The notes: generated by a model not told the origin, from the sequence alone. 64,000 nucleotides of DNA from Eledone cirrhosa (GCA_964016885.1 OZ024751.1:3224001-3288000); one strand, 5' to 3'; counted from the first letter of the stretch, positions 41,448 through 56,500 are shown. Translations and numbers: made by a program.

Positions 41448-41565
41448 ATCCCGCCGAGGTTGACTTTGCCTTTCATCCTCACAGGGTCGATAAAATAAAG
41501 TACCAGTAATGCACTGGGTATTTGCTGGCCTTGTGCCTAAAGTAGAGACAATTATTATTATTATT
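41448..41565 (+). mobile_element. SINE 3' part whose (ATT)n tail abuts Tx1 element E
   Basis: nearly identical to 2417-2525; ends agagacaattattattattatt. Confidence 0.85.
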
Positions 41566-44500
41566 GGTTGGTGAAGCCACGCTTCTTATCGCCTCCAGTC
41601 TTTTTCAACGTTTTACCTCTTTTTCAACCGTTCTAAACCTTTTATTCAAGTTTTAAATTTGATAAAAGTTTAGAAGAAGTGATCCACCTAATACAGGGGT
41701 TCACTAGTAAATAATACGGCACCCCTTTACGGGGTGTAGTATTCGTATTTGTGTAAAAATATTTTTTGAAAAATTTCAACATGGATAACACAAAAAAGAG
41801 AGAGAGCGCTGTCAGACAACACAGAGAGAGGGAGACTTTATCAGCATGTCAACAAGACAGCGTTCCAGCGGAGGTAAATATAAACGAAAATATTACAAAG
41901 GAAAAAAAGATTGTTACAGATTTAAAATTACCAAATATTTCTAACACAAACAACACCAACAATAACACCAACAACATTACCAACAACAACACTAAAAATA
42001 ACAGCGGTAAAGTCGAGAACGACAATAACAAAAATAACAGCGGTAAGGTCGAGAACGACAATAACAATGACAATAACAACAGCCACAACAACAATAATAG
42101 TAGGAACAGTATCAACAAAAACAACAATAATAACAACAGCCACAATAACAGTAACAGCAGCAACAGTATCAACGAAAACAACAACTGTACCAGCGAAAAG
42201 AACAACAATGACACCGATACCTGTAATAGCGACCTCAGCACCACCAGTAAGACCAGTAACGGCAGCAATAGTGGTGCTGCTGAAAAAGGGACCACTTCTT
42301 TTGCAGGTGTCGCCCGAAATATCGAGACAGTGTTAGTCACAGAGGAGGAGATGGCAGTCGCAAGGGCCATGGTGACAAGAAGTGCAAATAGAGTTTCCCT
42401 GAAACCTCCACCCGATATTTTCAAGGACCAGCAGCTACGAACGGTGACTTACCGCACCGTAAGCAAAATCTCACATCGAGTGGAGGGAACCACGGAGGCT
42501 CAAATCTAAAAGGCCTTGGGGTGCATCTGGGCACGCAAAACACACATCACCCGAGGCAGAAAGTACGCCACAGTAGATATACTTTTCGCCACCCCCCAGG
42601 AAGCAAAGTCTCACTCTTTGGAAACCCTAAAGAGTGAGGAGTTAGTCTTGGTGCCCTCCTACTGCGGGCAGAAAATTGTGAGGGTCAAAGTGACCCAGGT
42701 CCCACCCGACGTGCCCATACCTTGGCTGGCCGCGTCTGTTCTTGCTGGAATTGAGAACAGGGCCACCATGCTGCAAGTAGAAAAAATAGGGAGATAGAAC
42801 AGGTCAGGTATAGGCATGCAAATGCTTATACAAACTGACCAGGAATGTATCGAGGCTATCCCCGATATCATAGACTTTGAGGAAGGACTCCAACTCCCTA
42901 TAAGTGTAGAAGGAAGACGGCCAAAATGTTATATCTGTGGGTCGAAAGGTCACCTCAGGGCCTTTTGCCCGCAGAAGACACCGAAGATGGCCCCTCTCCT
43001 TCCAATACCTGGTCCGCTGCTACCAAGAGCAGGACAGGCAACAAACGAAGAAGCCCCTTCCACGGTGAGTAGGGGGGCAACGTCCGTAGCACCCGTACCA
43101 AGGCCACGGATAACTAAAGCAGCATCATCAGTAGCGGCAACACCAATAGCTACATTTGAAATAGCTACACCAGCAACAACATTGCCGAAGAGGGCTCCAC
43201 TACCACCACCAACAGCCGTGGAACACATACCCCTCCCAGATGCGACAGAATCCGACATGGAGTTTGAGGCGGGAGTGACGTGGCAAACAGTCTGCCACAA
43301 AAACAAAAAACAAAAAAACCCTTAGATTCACCCTCCAAAAGCGAAGGCATACAAAGAGGGGTAAAGGCAGCAAGGAAACTTGCAACAACACCACCACAAA
43401 CACCAACAACGCAAACACAACAAGACACACACACCAAACAGCAACGAGAAGAAAACGGCAACAAAATCACACCTCCCCCCAAAAAGTACACAGCCATAAA
43501 CATAGCAAAAAAAAAACTCATAAAATATATAAAGCAGCACACGGAAAAAAACGGAAAAAAATTACGGAAACAAATTACTACACCCCACCAACACCAAGAA
43601 CTCTCCCGACAAACATAAGCATCATCGAAATCTCAATAGAATAATACAAACCTTCAAAACAAAAATTCCCCAACGCAGTTGGGGACTTCAGAGGGACGGT
43701 TACCAAGAGGATATACACTGACATCCTCTTGGAAACACCCATGACCAGCGAAAGGGACGGTTCTACTGTCCCTTCACCACACGAACCTTTCTCATTTGCC
43801 CCGTTTCTCATCCAACATGGCTGTACTCAGAATAGGCAGTATAAATGCACGTGGCCTCGGGTCATCTTGGAAGCAGGGTCACCTGCTCAATGAACTCAGG
43901 TCACTAAACATAGATGTGGTGGCCATCAGTGAAACCAGAATCTCCGAGGCACGGGCCTTCGCACCGATCTTCGGCGGCTACGATGTATACGCATCTCCCA
44001 GCCGTCCAGGATCGGAGGGAGGGGTTGCCGTCCTTTTTCGGAGAGGCTTGGATCTCGCGATACGGGCCATTTTCCTGGACCCAGAAGATAAGTCGGTGGT
44101 GCTGGACGTGACCGGCAGCGAAGGCAATGCTTTCAGGCTAGTAGCCGTCTATGCCCCAACAGGGGCAGAACGGCCAGATTTCTTCAGACGTCTAGAGACC
44201 TTTCTCGGATCGTCCCGCTCTTTAGTGTTAGTGGGCGACTGGAATGGTATCTTGGATGCAGGCTCGGATCGTGTTGGGCTAGTGGATAGGGGAGGAGGGT
44301 GCAAGAGTTTCACCAACCTTCTCAGACGTTTTGAACTGTCTGACAGGTATCGACTGGATCACCCGAATGTGCCAATGTGGACATGGACAAACCGCATCGG
44401 GTCATCCAGATCGTATCTAGATAGGGTATTCTGCAGGGAACCTGATAAGGCTAGTATAAGTTGTCCACAATTTAAAATAGTCGACTACACAGACCACAAA

Positions 44501-47500
44501 TTTGTGATCTGTGAGATCGACATAGACAGACTTCATAGACAAGGGCCTGGTTACTGGAAGCTAAACGCGTCTTTCCCGGCGCGCAAGGCCTACAGAGACC
44601 GGGGCGTTGACGGGAGCGGTCGTCAACAACAGGTGGAGGTTCGCCCTGAAAAGGGCAATTAAAGTAGAGTCGATTAGGTTTAGCAAAGGAGTAGTGATAG
44701 AGGAAAATAGAGTAGATGGAGAGCTAGTCAGAAAGCTAGAAGAGGCGTTTAGGACAGGCATCGCAACCGACGTGCTTGCGGCGAGATTGGCACTCGACCA
44801 ATTCTTCAACGCAAAACACGAAAGCTGCGTTGTCAAAGCTAGAGCGCGTGCTCTGAAAAACGAGGGGACAAAAGCCGTCCAATGGGCCCGGGTGGCAGAG
44901 GCGCGAAGTGGCAATAAAGCCACAATTCGGTCTTTGTCTGACCAAAACGGGTGCTTGATGCTCGAACCCGAGCGGATGTGTGAAGCTTTTCAGCAGCACT
45001 TTGCTGAAATGTTCGGGAGCGGCGGCGGCCCGGATCGGGGCATGGACTTCAGTGCATACCTCGACGGACTGCCTCGGCTCTCGACGACCGCAGCACAGTG
45101 TTGCGAAAGCCAATAACAGCCGGTGAAATACGGGAAGCGATGGCTAACTGCACAAGAGGTAAATCGCCAGGTTTAGATGGTCTGCCCTACGAGCTTTATG
45201 CATTTATGCCAGACTTGTTCGGTGACCTCTTGGCAGACGTCTACTGCAACTGGCAGCAAAACGGGAGCATTCCCAGTTTTGTGAGCCGGAGAGCAGTGGC
45301 GCTGCTGAGAAAAGACCCGAACAAGGGGGATGTTATTGATAATTTCAGGCCCATAACCCTGCTAAATACAGAGTTCAAGATTTTGGACAAGGTGTTAGCA
45401 ACGAGGTTGGCGCTTGTCGTCAAGGGTCTGGTGGGAGAGGCGCAGACATGCGCTATCCCGGACAGATCCATACACGACAACCTCCACCTCATACGATACA
45501 TCATAAAGAGGGTGGTTAAAGAACCTGGCAAGGGTGGGGCCCTGATCAACTTGGATCAATCCAAAGCATTCGATAGGGTCGACCATCGGTACCTGGCGGC
45601 GGTCCTCGAGGCAGCCGGTTTCGGGCCCGTTTTCAGGCGTTGGATCGCAGCAATGTACAGCGACAACTGCTCAGTTGTGAGGGTGAACGGTCACCTGTCG
45701 CAGCCGTTCAGCATCATGCGCTCAGTCCGCCAGGGTTGTCCCCTCTCGTCCCTCTTGTACGTATTGGCTCTCGAGCCGTTACTGCACAAACTGGGGGCGA
45801 TGAGGGGCGTCCCACGCGAACTAGGATGCCGAAAATCCGAGTCGGCTTACGCTGACGACGTCACCGTGGTGGTGTCGAGCACCAGACACGTCCAGATGCT
45901 CGGCACCTCTCTCAAGGAATACGAAATGGTGACAGGAGCAAAGATAAACCAGGAAAAGTCGGTGGGCATGCAGCTAGGCACCCGGAGAGGCAAGTCCATG
46001 CCGTCCGACAGCGTCGTGGGGAGTTGAACGGACGGACCGGTTAAATTGCTCGGGGTCTGGTTCGGACCGGACCTCCAGATGGAGAAAAACTGGAACGAGG
46101 TGACGAGCAGGGTGGCCTCCCTCACCCAGAAATGGGCTGAGAGGAGGCTGTCCCTGAAAGGCCGGGCAGAAGTGGCGAATGCGTACATCGCCTCCGTCAA
46201 CTGCTACCGCCTCACCGTCGTCCCTTGCTCCAGCCCAACTCTCACCAAAATGGAGCGCCTCCTCTTCCGCTTTTTGTGGAAGGGACGCGCTCCCATGGTC
46301 AGACGATCCATCTGCTGTCAACACCCGTTGCGTGGAGGACTGGGCATGCCATGGCTGATGATGCGCAAACATGCGCTGAGGCTGCGACATCTCTGGTGGT
46401 TCCTTGATGGTGAACGGGTGTGGTCGCCGTTCACCAGGCACATTTTCCCACAGCTCGTCTCCTTGACGGAGCTGTAGTCCTGGGTCAGAAAAAGACCGAG
46501 GGATAGCGCTTGGAAACTGGAATGTCTCCAGGCGCTCACTGCCCTCTCCCAGTTGGGCACCAGTATCGGTGGAACATCCACCTCGGCGTTCTATAGAGGA
46601 CTGGTGGAGGGGAAGAGCGACGACGTTCTCGGAGAGATCCTGGGCGTCGAAGAAGATCAGCTGCTTGCCCTCTTCCGGAGAACTTTCAGCGCGGGGCCTA
46701 TGGATAACTTCCAAAAATCCCTGGCCTGGCAGTGCTACAGGGGAGCGCTGCCGGTTCGAGATAAGCTCTACAGGCACGGAAGTGCCGTCAGCCGAGCCTG
46801 TCCGAGATGCGCGCATAGCGACGAAACCGCTGTGCACGCACTCGTTCAGTGCCCGAGCATTGCTGACTTGTGGAGCTATGTCGAACAGTTGCTGTCACGT
46901 GTGGGACTGATCACGTTGTCGACTGAGTCCATTGTGCAGATGGTCTCGCCGTCTTCCTTTGAGGAGGAAGGGCAGGCGGTTTTAATCTGCCTGCTGGCCA
47001 TGGCGAAAGAGATTGTGTGGTGGACAAGGTTAAAAGGATTAAAGACAAACACTTTCCTCTTCGGCGAATCCCTGATTAACTTTTTCAAGTTTCACTTGAA
47101 GAGGAAAATCAGGGTGGAGAGGCAAGTGCTGCTTTCTAGCAAATTTGTTGAAAGGTGGGTGAATGTAGCGAGAATGGTCCGAGTGAACGGGACCACTCTG
47201 AATATACGTCTATAGTTTGAGAGATGGAAAAATTGAGAGAGGGCGCTTGCCCTGGTAGTCAGGGTGGCCGTGGTCTTTTGTGTGGTTTTCGCCACGAGTA
47301 ACCCTCGGAGGTTTCCCCCCTATTGGGGAATTTTTCATTGTTTCAATTTTCATTTTATTGTTTATATATATATATGTTTTATGTCTTTTTTCTTTTCTTA
47401 TATAAATAATAAAAATATTTACACGCACAAAACCCACATCGTACCGTCCTGTTCCGTCTGTGATGTTTTTCTTGATGTCAGCCCTTGTGGCCAATAAAGA

Positions 47501-47522
47501 AATCATTATTATTATTATTATT
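41566..47522 (+). mobile_element. Full-length Tx1-type LINE E (few stops/frameshifts), (ATT)n at both ends
   Basis: ORF1 ~41781-43810 (poly-Asn N-terminus, CYICGSKGHLRAFC); ORF2 ~43817-47215 (APE GSINARG/GDWN/TDH, RT YADD, CPRC...H....C). Confidence 0.95.
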
Positions 47523-48092
47523 GAATGCTATGGTTGACGGAGGCTCGGCTCTGTAAGGTGTTGTAAATTTTGACCGCTATAACAATTGTAAATTGTTTAA
47601 AATTTTAACCAAATTGTAGGCAAAAACACCCTCCTCCTCGTCAGAGGGGTCTTTCTGCCCGTTATTTGGCCCTTCGGGGTTAAATAACCGCTTATTGGGG
47701 TTTTGTGCCCAATATTTATTTTAAGCAAAAAAAAAAACATGGCTACGAAAAAGAATTTTCATAGGTCACTCCCACTCATTCCTTCTTCTTCTTCCACAAT
47801 CGTCACTACAGCAGAGAGAAGATTGTCTCTCTCCCTCCCTTCTCTAAATGTGTCTCTCTCCCTCCCTTCTCTTTCGCAAGCGACGCCAGAAAAGAAAAAT
47901 CACGTGCAAAGCGTGCAAGATTTCTCCACGACGACGACGACAACGACGAAAAATGTGTGCGGGAAATACGAAAACCCATTTCATTCGTCTGACGTCACGA
48001 ATAATAGTAGTAGCAGCCGTAATAACAGCAGCAGCAGCAGCAACAATGACAAGGAAAACAACAGTAGCAGCATCATAAACAACAAAAGCATT

Positions 48093-48126
<34 letters not shown>

Positions 48127-51100
48127 ACAACCACAGCAACAGCGGCGGCGGCAGTAGTCGTAGTACCTGCAGCAACAACAAAAGTAACAGCAGCTCTGAC
48201 GACAACAACAACAACAACAGCAACAAAGAAAAACCAATCTCGTTTGCAGGTATCGCAAAGAACCTGGAAACCACCCTCATAACAAATGAGGAATTAGAGG
48301 AAGCGAAGAAGATGGTGACAAAAACCGGACACCGAGCAATCTGCAAGGCCGCCGAAAACTTTTTCGAAACCTAACAGCACTGTACTGTCATGTACCGTAC
48401 AGTAAGCACAAAATCCCGTAGGGTTGAAAGAGCCACAGAGGCTCAAATACAAAAAGCCTTAGGGTCTGTGTGGCAGCGGAAAACGCACATCACCCGAGGC
48501 AAGAAATATGCCACTGTAGACGTGCTTTTTGCCACACCCCAGAAGGCAAAAGCTCAATCCTTAGTGACCCTAAGGAGCGAGGAAATGGTGTTGGTGCTCT
48601 CCTACTGCGGGCAAAAAATTGTGAGGGTCAAACTGACCCCCCACCCCCCACCCGGATGGCCCCTTCTTGGCTGGCCGCGTCTGTCCTCGTCGGAATCGAG
48701 GACAAAACAACTGTACTGCAAGTACAGAAAAAAAGTAAGAGAAGATTGGGTCGGCACCTCCATTGAGATGTTAATCCAAACCAACCAGGAGTGCATCGAA
48801 GCTATCCCGGATGTGATAGACTTCGATAACGGCACTCAACTGCCCATAAGTGTTGAGGGCAAACGCCCGAAATGCTTTCGCTGTGGATCGAAGACTCACC
48901 TCAGGGCCTTCTGCAACGAGAAGACCCTGAGAAAGGAGAAAACCCCCCTCCTTCCGAAACCGGCTCCACGGCTACCGGCAACAAGACAAGCGGCAACCAG
49001 GAACGATAGGTCCGTGGCACCCATACCCACGCCACGGAAATCAAAAACAGCAGCAGCAGTGGAAGTATTAACAACAACAACAGCAATACCAAATGCAGCT
49101 GCAACAGAGACTCCAGTGCAAACATCACCAACAACAAGTGAAAGAGTGGAGCTGGTACTCCTCCCCGACCTCACAGAATCAGACATGGAGTGTGAGGTGG
49201 AAGAGGGATGGCAAAAGGTTGTAAGAAGGCACAAACGCAGAAGCAGCGCATCGTCGCCTTCGAAAAGGGAGGAAAGAAATGGAAAAAGGGTAAAGGCTAC
49301 TGCAAAGAGACTCACAGCAGCAACACCACCAACACCATCACCACCCACACTAGCACCACCATCACCACCGGCGACAACCCCACCGCCAACAACAACAACA
49401 CCTTCAACACCACCACCGCAAGCACCAACATCGCAAACACAACAACAATACACACACACCCAGCAACAACGCCAAAAAATAGCAGAACCACACCCCACCC
49501 CCAGAAAAACAAATGCACGGCAATAAATACACACAACAAGAAACTAATGACTTACATAATTGAACACACAGACATTTCACAGAACAACTACATAATACCA
49601 GCACCAATCAAAACGCCAACTAACATAAGACTGCTAAAACTGACACAGAAACAATACACAAACACTAAAACGAAATTCCCCAACGCAGTTGGTGATTTCA
49701 GAGACCTAGGAGGGACTCTCAACCGGAGAGTATATTCGGACATACTCATAGAAGAGCCGACGACCAGCCGAAGGGACGATTCAACGGTCCTTTCACCAGA
49801 CGATCAAGTGAAAAGGGATGGAAAAACCATCCTTCCTCTACGAAAAGTACGGTAAGTGGTATTTCCCATCTTTTCCACTCTATTTTAAACATGACCTCAC
49901 TCAGAATAGGCAGCATAAATGCGCGTCGCTTGGGGTCGTCATGGAAGCAGGGTCACCTGCTCAACGACCTCAGGTCACTAAACATAGATGTAGTGGCCAT
50001 CAGCGAGACCAGAATCTCCGAAGCACGGGCCTTCGCACCGATCTTCGGCGGCTACGATGTGTACGCATCTCCCAGCCGTCCTGGATCGGGAGGAGGAGTT
50101 GCTGTACTTTTTCGGAGAGGTTTGGATCTCGCCATACGGGCCATCTTCCTGGACCCAGAGGGTAAGTTGGTGGTGCTGGACATGACCAGCGGAGACGGGC
50201 AAGCTTTCAGGCTAGTGGCCGTCTATGCCCCGACAGGAGCAGGGCGGCCTGATTTCTTCCGGCGTCTGGAGACCTTTCTTGGAACGTCCCGCTCTTTAGT
50301 GTTAGTGCGCGACTGGAACGGGATCTTAGATGCACGCTGGGACTGTGTGGGATTAGCGGATAGGGATGGAGGGTGCAAGAGCCTCACCAACCTGCTCAGG
50401 CGCTTTGAACTGTCTGACAGGTACCGATTGGATTTCCCGAATGTACCAATGTGGACTTGGACAAATCGCATAGGGTCATCCAGATCATATCTAGATAGAG
50501 TATTTTGTAGGGAAATAGATAGGTCTAGCATAGGCTGTCCACAATTCAAGATAGTCAGCTACACGGACCACAAATTCGTGATCTGTGTGCTTGACTTAGA
50601 TAGGCTTCATAGACGAGGACCCGGCTACTGGGAGCTAAACGCGTCCTTACCAGCGCACAAGGCCTACAGAGACCGGATTAGCGAACTAGTTAAGCGGGCG
50701 TTGACGGGGACCATCGTCAACAACAAGTGGTGGTTTGCTCTGAAAAGAGCAATTTGAATAGAGTCCATTAGGTTTAGTAAGGCTTTAGCAATAGAGAAAA
50801 ATAGAGCAGAGGGAGAATTAGTTAGAAAATTAGACGAGGCGCTTTGCAAAGGCATCGCGACCGACGTACTTGCGGCGAAATTGGCCCTTGACCAATTCTT
50901 CAATGCAAAGCACGAAGGCTGCGTTGTCAGAGCTAGGGTGCGTGTTCTCAAACACGAGTGGACGTAAGCCGTTCAATGGGCCCGAGTGGCGGAGGCGCGT
51001 CGTGGCAACAAAGCCACGATCCGGTCTTTGGTGGACCACGACGGGCGCATGCTACTCGATCCCGGGCAAATGTGTGAAGCTTTGCAGCGACGCTTCGCTC

Positions 51101-53401
51101 AACTGTTCGGGGGCAGCGGCGGGTCGGATCGAGGGATGGACTTTAGTGTCTACCTCGACGGACTGCCGCGGCTCTCGGCCACTGAGGCGAAGTGTTGCGA
51201 AAAGCCGATAACAGCAGCTGAAGTACGGGAGGCAATGACTGGCTGCACAAGGGGTAAATCGCCTGGTTTGGATGGTCTGCCCTATGAACTTTACGTACAA
51301 ATGCCAGACTTGTTCGGAGGCCTCTTGGCGGACGTCTACTGCAACTGGCAACAGAACGGGAGAATTCCCAGCTCTGTGAGCCGAGGAGCGCTGGCGCTGC
51401 TGAGAAAGGATCCGAACAAAGGGGATAACATAGATAATTTTAGGCCCATAACTCTGCTAAACACAGAATTCAAGATTTTGGCCAAGGTGCTAGCAAAGAG
51501 GTTGGCGCTTGTCGTTGGTGGTCTGGTGGGAGAGGCGCAGACATGCGCCATTCCCGACAGATCCATCCACGACAACCTCCACCTCATGCGATACATCGTA
51601 GAGAGTGTAGCTAGAGAACCTGGCACGAGTGGGTCTTTGATAAATTTAGATCAGTCGAAACCCTTCAATAGGGTCGACCATCGTTACCTAGCGGCAGTCC
51701 TGAGGGCGGCTGGCTTTGGGCCCGTCTTCAGAGGCTGGATCGCTGGCATGCACAGCGACATCTGCTCTGTGGTGAGGGTGAACGGTCACCTTTCGGAACC
51801 GTTCAACATCATGCGCTCGGTCCGCCAAGGATGTCCCCTCTCGTCCCTCTTGTACGTATTGACTCTCGAGCCATTACTGCACAAACTGGAGACGTTGAGG
51901 GGGTTGCCGCGCGAAATAGGATGTGGAAGATCCGTGTCAGCATGTGTGGAAGATGTCACCGTAGTGGTGTCGAACGCCATACACATCGAGGCGATCGGCA
52001 CCACACTAAGAGAATACGAAACGGTGACAGGAGCAATGATCAACCAGGAAATGGGCACAGAGGAAGCTATCCCTGAAAGATCGAACGGAGGTGGCGAATG
52101 CGTACATCGCGTCCGTCATCTACTACCGCCTGACCGTCGTGCCTTGTTCCAAGCCTCGCCTTACTGCACTAGAGCGTTTACTCTTTCGCTTTTTGTGGAA
52201 GGGACGCGCTCCGATGGTCTGGCAGTCCATCTGCTGTCAACACCCGCTACGTGGAGGGCTGGGCATGCCGTGGCTGATGATGCTCAGACACGCACTCAGA
52301 CTACGTCATCTCCACCTCTTCCTCGACGGTGATCAGGTGTGGTCGCCGTTTGCTAGACGCGTCTTTCCCCAGCTCGTTTCCTTGACGGAGCTGCAGTCCT
52401 GGGTCAAGCGAAGACCAAAAGGGAGCGCTTGGAGACTAGAATGTCTTCAGGCACTCACGGCCCTCGACCAATCGGGCAATGTGAACGGTGGAAACTCCAC
52501 CTTGGCGTTTTATAGAGGATTAGTGGAGGGGGAGAGGGACGACGTGCTTGGGGAAACTCTAGGCGTCAACGAAAATCAACTTGCCAATCTCTTCGGAAGA
52601 ACTTTCGGGCCGGGGCCTATGGACAATTTCTAGAAATCCCTAGCGTGAAAGTGCTACTGAGGAGCTTTGCCAGTTCGGGATAAACTCTACAGGCACGGAA
52701 GTGCCGTCAGCCGGGCATGTCCGAGATGCACGCTGGGCGACGAAACCGTCCTGCATGCACTCGTCCAGTGTCCGAGCATTGCTGACTTGTGGGTTTATTT
52801 CGAACACCTGCTGTCGCCTACAGAACGGATCCGGCTATCAGCTGAGTCCATCGTAAGGATTGCCCCTCCCTCTTCCTTTAGCCGGGAAGGGCAGGCAGTT
52901 TTTATCTGTCTGGTGGCGATGGCGAAAGATATAGTATGGTGGACGCGTCTGAAAGGGCTGAAGACAAGCACTTACCTCTTCGGTGATGCCCTGATTAACT
53001 TTTTCAAATTTCATTTGAAAAGGAAAATCAGGGTAGAGAGGGAAGTGCTCTCTTCCCAGCATTTTGTTGAAAGATGGGTGAGAGAGGCAAGAATGGCCCG
53101 AGTGAATGGGCCTGCTCTGAGTATGTGTCTGTAAATTAAAGGTGGAAAACTGGGAGAGGGCACTTGCCTTGGTGGTCAGGGTCACTGTGGCTTTTAATGG
53201 GTTTTATCCACGAATGTCCCTCGGAAGTCTCCCCAGTATTGGGGAATTTTTCATTGTTATTTTTTTGTTACATCCTCTGTTTTTGTTTTTTACACGCAGA
53301 AATGCCCATTTGTACCGTCCTGTATTGTCCTGTACTGTCCTTAATGTCTACTTTATGTAAACCCTTGTTGTTAATAAAGAAAGCATTATTATTATTATTA
53401 T
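47523..53401 (+). mobile_element. Full-length Tx1-type LINE F (disrupted), head-to-tail after E
   Basis: ORF1 ~47739-49855 (CFRCGSKTHLRAFC); ORF2 49891-53134 APE-RT-ZnF with stops; tail aataaagaaagcattattatt. Confidence 0.95.
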
Positions 53402-53542
53402 TTGCATTTACCTTGCTTTATGTTTATACGAGTTATCACCAAGTCACAACCAGTGACCTCAAGAGACAACAAGGTCCGCCATGTTCAAGAAAGAACACAC
53501 ATATTCACACATGCATCCTTAGTGTTTAGACTTGTGATGTAC

Positions 53543-56500
53543 TTATATTGACAGGATCTTCCTTAGTATATGGGCAGTTCCCATTAGTACTATCTTTTGT
53601 ATTTCTCCTATACGCGGGTTTCCTGGGATTTGCGATAAGTAGTCGTTAGACCCCTTAGGTATCATTCCCAGAGCGCCTACAACCACTGGTATTGTTTTAG
53701 TTCTCAATTTCCACATTTTTCCAATTTCTATCTCCAGGTCCTTATACTTGCTCAATTTTTCAAATGTTTTTATAGATACATTCTTGTCTATTGGAACAGA
53801 CATATCAATTAGCAGGCATACCCTCCTTTGAAAGTCCTTCAATATTATATCAGGTCTATTTGCATCTATTTTTCGGTCTGTTTGGATGCTAAAGTTCCAC
53901 AAGATTGAGATGTGATCTTTTTCAAGTATGGGAGGTGGTTGATGCTCCCACCAATTCTTTTGATGGGGCAGGTCAAAATGCTTACACATTATCCAATGTA
54001 TGTATTGTGCAGCTCTGTCATGCCTGTTTAGGTATTCGGTTGGAGCTATAGGACTGCACATTGAAATTATATGGTCAATGGTCTCTGGTTGTTTTTTGCA
54101 TACACGGCATAATGGGCTGCACCCATTTTTTATTATGTTGGCTTGGTAATTTTTTGTTGGCAGACACTGATCTTGTGCGGAGATAATCAGTCCTTCAGTC
54201 TCCGATTTCAGTCCAGAGGATGCCAACCACTGATGGGTTAAAGTTTTGTCAACATCAGGATTGTTAGCTCGCTCTGGGTATTTTCCATACAGAGGCTTTT
54301 CTTGCCATTTCTTAGCCAGTTTCTGTAGCAGTTCTTTCTTTGCAGTTACTTTTACCTGCTTTGCTTTTTCTGTGTTTTCCATTTCAGCAGTAAATGGGAC
54401 TTCTGAAATTTGTAGTCCATTACTGTATCTTTGTGCATCTTTTGTAATGGAATATGATCTTTTGGTGCTTTCGTGTTTCAAAACGAGTTTGATCATCCAA
54501 TCATGTGATTCCCTTAGATATGTGGATAATCCAATTGTTGCAGTTTTCAACACAATGTCTAACTGGATTAACCCACGTCCTCCTTCTTTCCTAGGGAGAT
54601 ATATTCTATCTATGTCTGCCTTAGGGTGATGCATTCTGTGCATGGTTAAGAATTTTCGGATTTTTGTATCGAGCCTACGGATCTCTGTGCTTGACCAGTT
54701 GATGACATTGTAACTGTAGGTTACTACTGGTATGGCAAGCGTGTTTATGGCATCGATCCTATTCCTTGCATTCAATTCCGTTCTTAAGATTGCTCTGACT
54801 CTGCGGTAACATTCCTTCCTTATCCTTTCCCTCATTGTCGAGTGCTTGATTCCGTCTCCTTCACAAACACCTAGATATTTGTAAGTTTGTTCTTGATCAA
54901 GCTCTCTTATCACGTTCCCCCGATCAAGATTAATGTCTGAACTCTTCAGCAGCTTTCCTCTGGTGAACGTTGCTTTGGCGCATTTATCCAGTCCAAACTC
55001 CATTTTAATGTCATCACTGAACTGCTTCACAGTGGATAATAGCCCTTGCAATTGTTCATCATTTTTTGCGAATAGTTTCAGGTCATCCATGTAGAACAGG
55101 TGATTAATGGTTTTGTCATAGACTCTATATCCATGTTTTGTTTCATTGAGCATTTTACTTAATGGTATAAGTGCGATGTAGAATAAAAGCGGTGATAAAG
55201 AGTCACCCTGAAAAATTCCACAATTAATGTTAACTTCTCCAGCTTCCAGTGATTTTGTTTCACTATTCAAAAGGAGTGTCGTTCTCCATGTCCTCATACT
55301 GAATGACAAAAACCTCCTGACAACGGGGGATATTTTGAAAATCTCTAAACATTTTTCAATCCAACTGTGTGGCAAACTATCAAATGCTTTTTTATAATCT
55401 ATCCAAGCAATCGATAGATTTTTGTGTCTATTATGACAATCTTCCAGTATCATTTTGTTAACCAGAAGCTGATCCTTACAGCCATATGAGCCTCGTTTAC
55501 ACCCTTTCTGCTCAATGGGAAATAGGTCATTTGTTATCAGGTGGTCATATGTGTATTCAGTTAGGACTGATGTTAAAATTTTATACATTGTGGTCAAGCA
55601 GGTTATCGGTCTGTAATTTTTGGGATTGTTTGTCTCATCATTCTTCGGTAGCAGGAATGTAATGCCGTTAACTAGCCATGATGGTATCTTTTCTGGCTCC
55701 TTAACTATTTCATTGTAAAGTTGGGCCAACAGCTCATGAGACTCTGTGAAGGCATTTATCCAAAAGTTTTGTATTTTGTCTTTTCCTGGGGATTTCCATT
55801 TGCTGGTTTTTCTTAGAGCCAAGCGCAGCTGTTCAACTGTTATATTTTCCCATGTTTGTTCTTCAAGGTGAGCTGTTTCTTTCATTTGTCTGTCTATCCA
55901 TGGGGCATGTATGTTATGAACTTTTTCTTCGGCCCAGATCTTTTCCCAGAATTCTTGCACTTCCTCCTTGGGTGGTATTGATTTAGCAGTTATTGTTGAC
56001 TTACCAATTTTTCTGTAGAAGTTTCTTTGGTTGTTTTTGAACATATTATTGTCCTTATAGAATCTAGATCGTTTTTCAAAGCGCCTTATACGAGCAGCTT
56101 TGGCCGACACTTTTTGCTTGATTGTTTCTATCAGCATGTCTATGTCACATGTTGATCTTATACTGTACTTTTTTTTCAATTTTCTAAGTTTAGTTTGTTT
56201 AACATGTTCACCTACTTTATAGTTTGTTAAAATTTCTATGTCAGATCGGAGAAGGTTTATTTGGCGATTGATGTTATCTTGCCAAGTAGATTTCTTGTGG
56301 GAATTCCTTTGTTTTTTCATCTTCACTCCACATAAGTGAGTGGTGACTTTAGCCGATGCATAATAGAGATGATTTAAGTCAGTAATGTTTATTTTGTTTG
56401 TGATGATAATGTTTTTGAGAATTATGTTAGTCTTGTGTATTATCTTTTGGTTCTGTTTGGAGTTCTGGATCTTAGGGAGGGTGTCTCGTTCCCCCATGTC

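Noticed and set aside
24359-52058. Antisense ORFs of 100-290 aa over the Tx1 elements
   Set aside because: Shadow frames of GC-rich coding sequence; no recognisable domains, and lengths vary between copies
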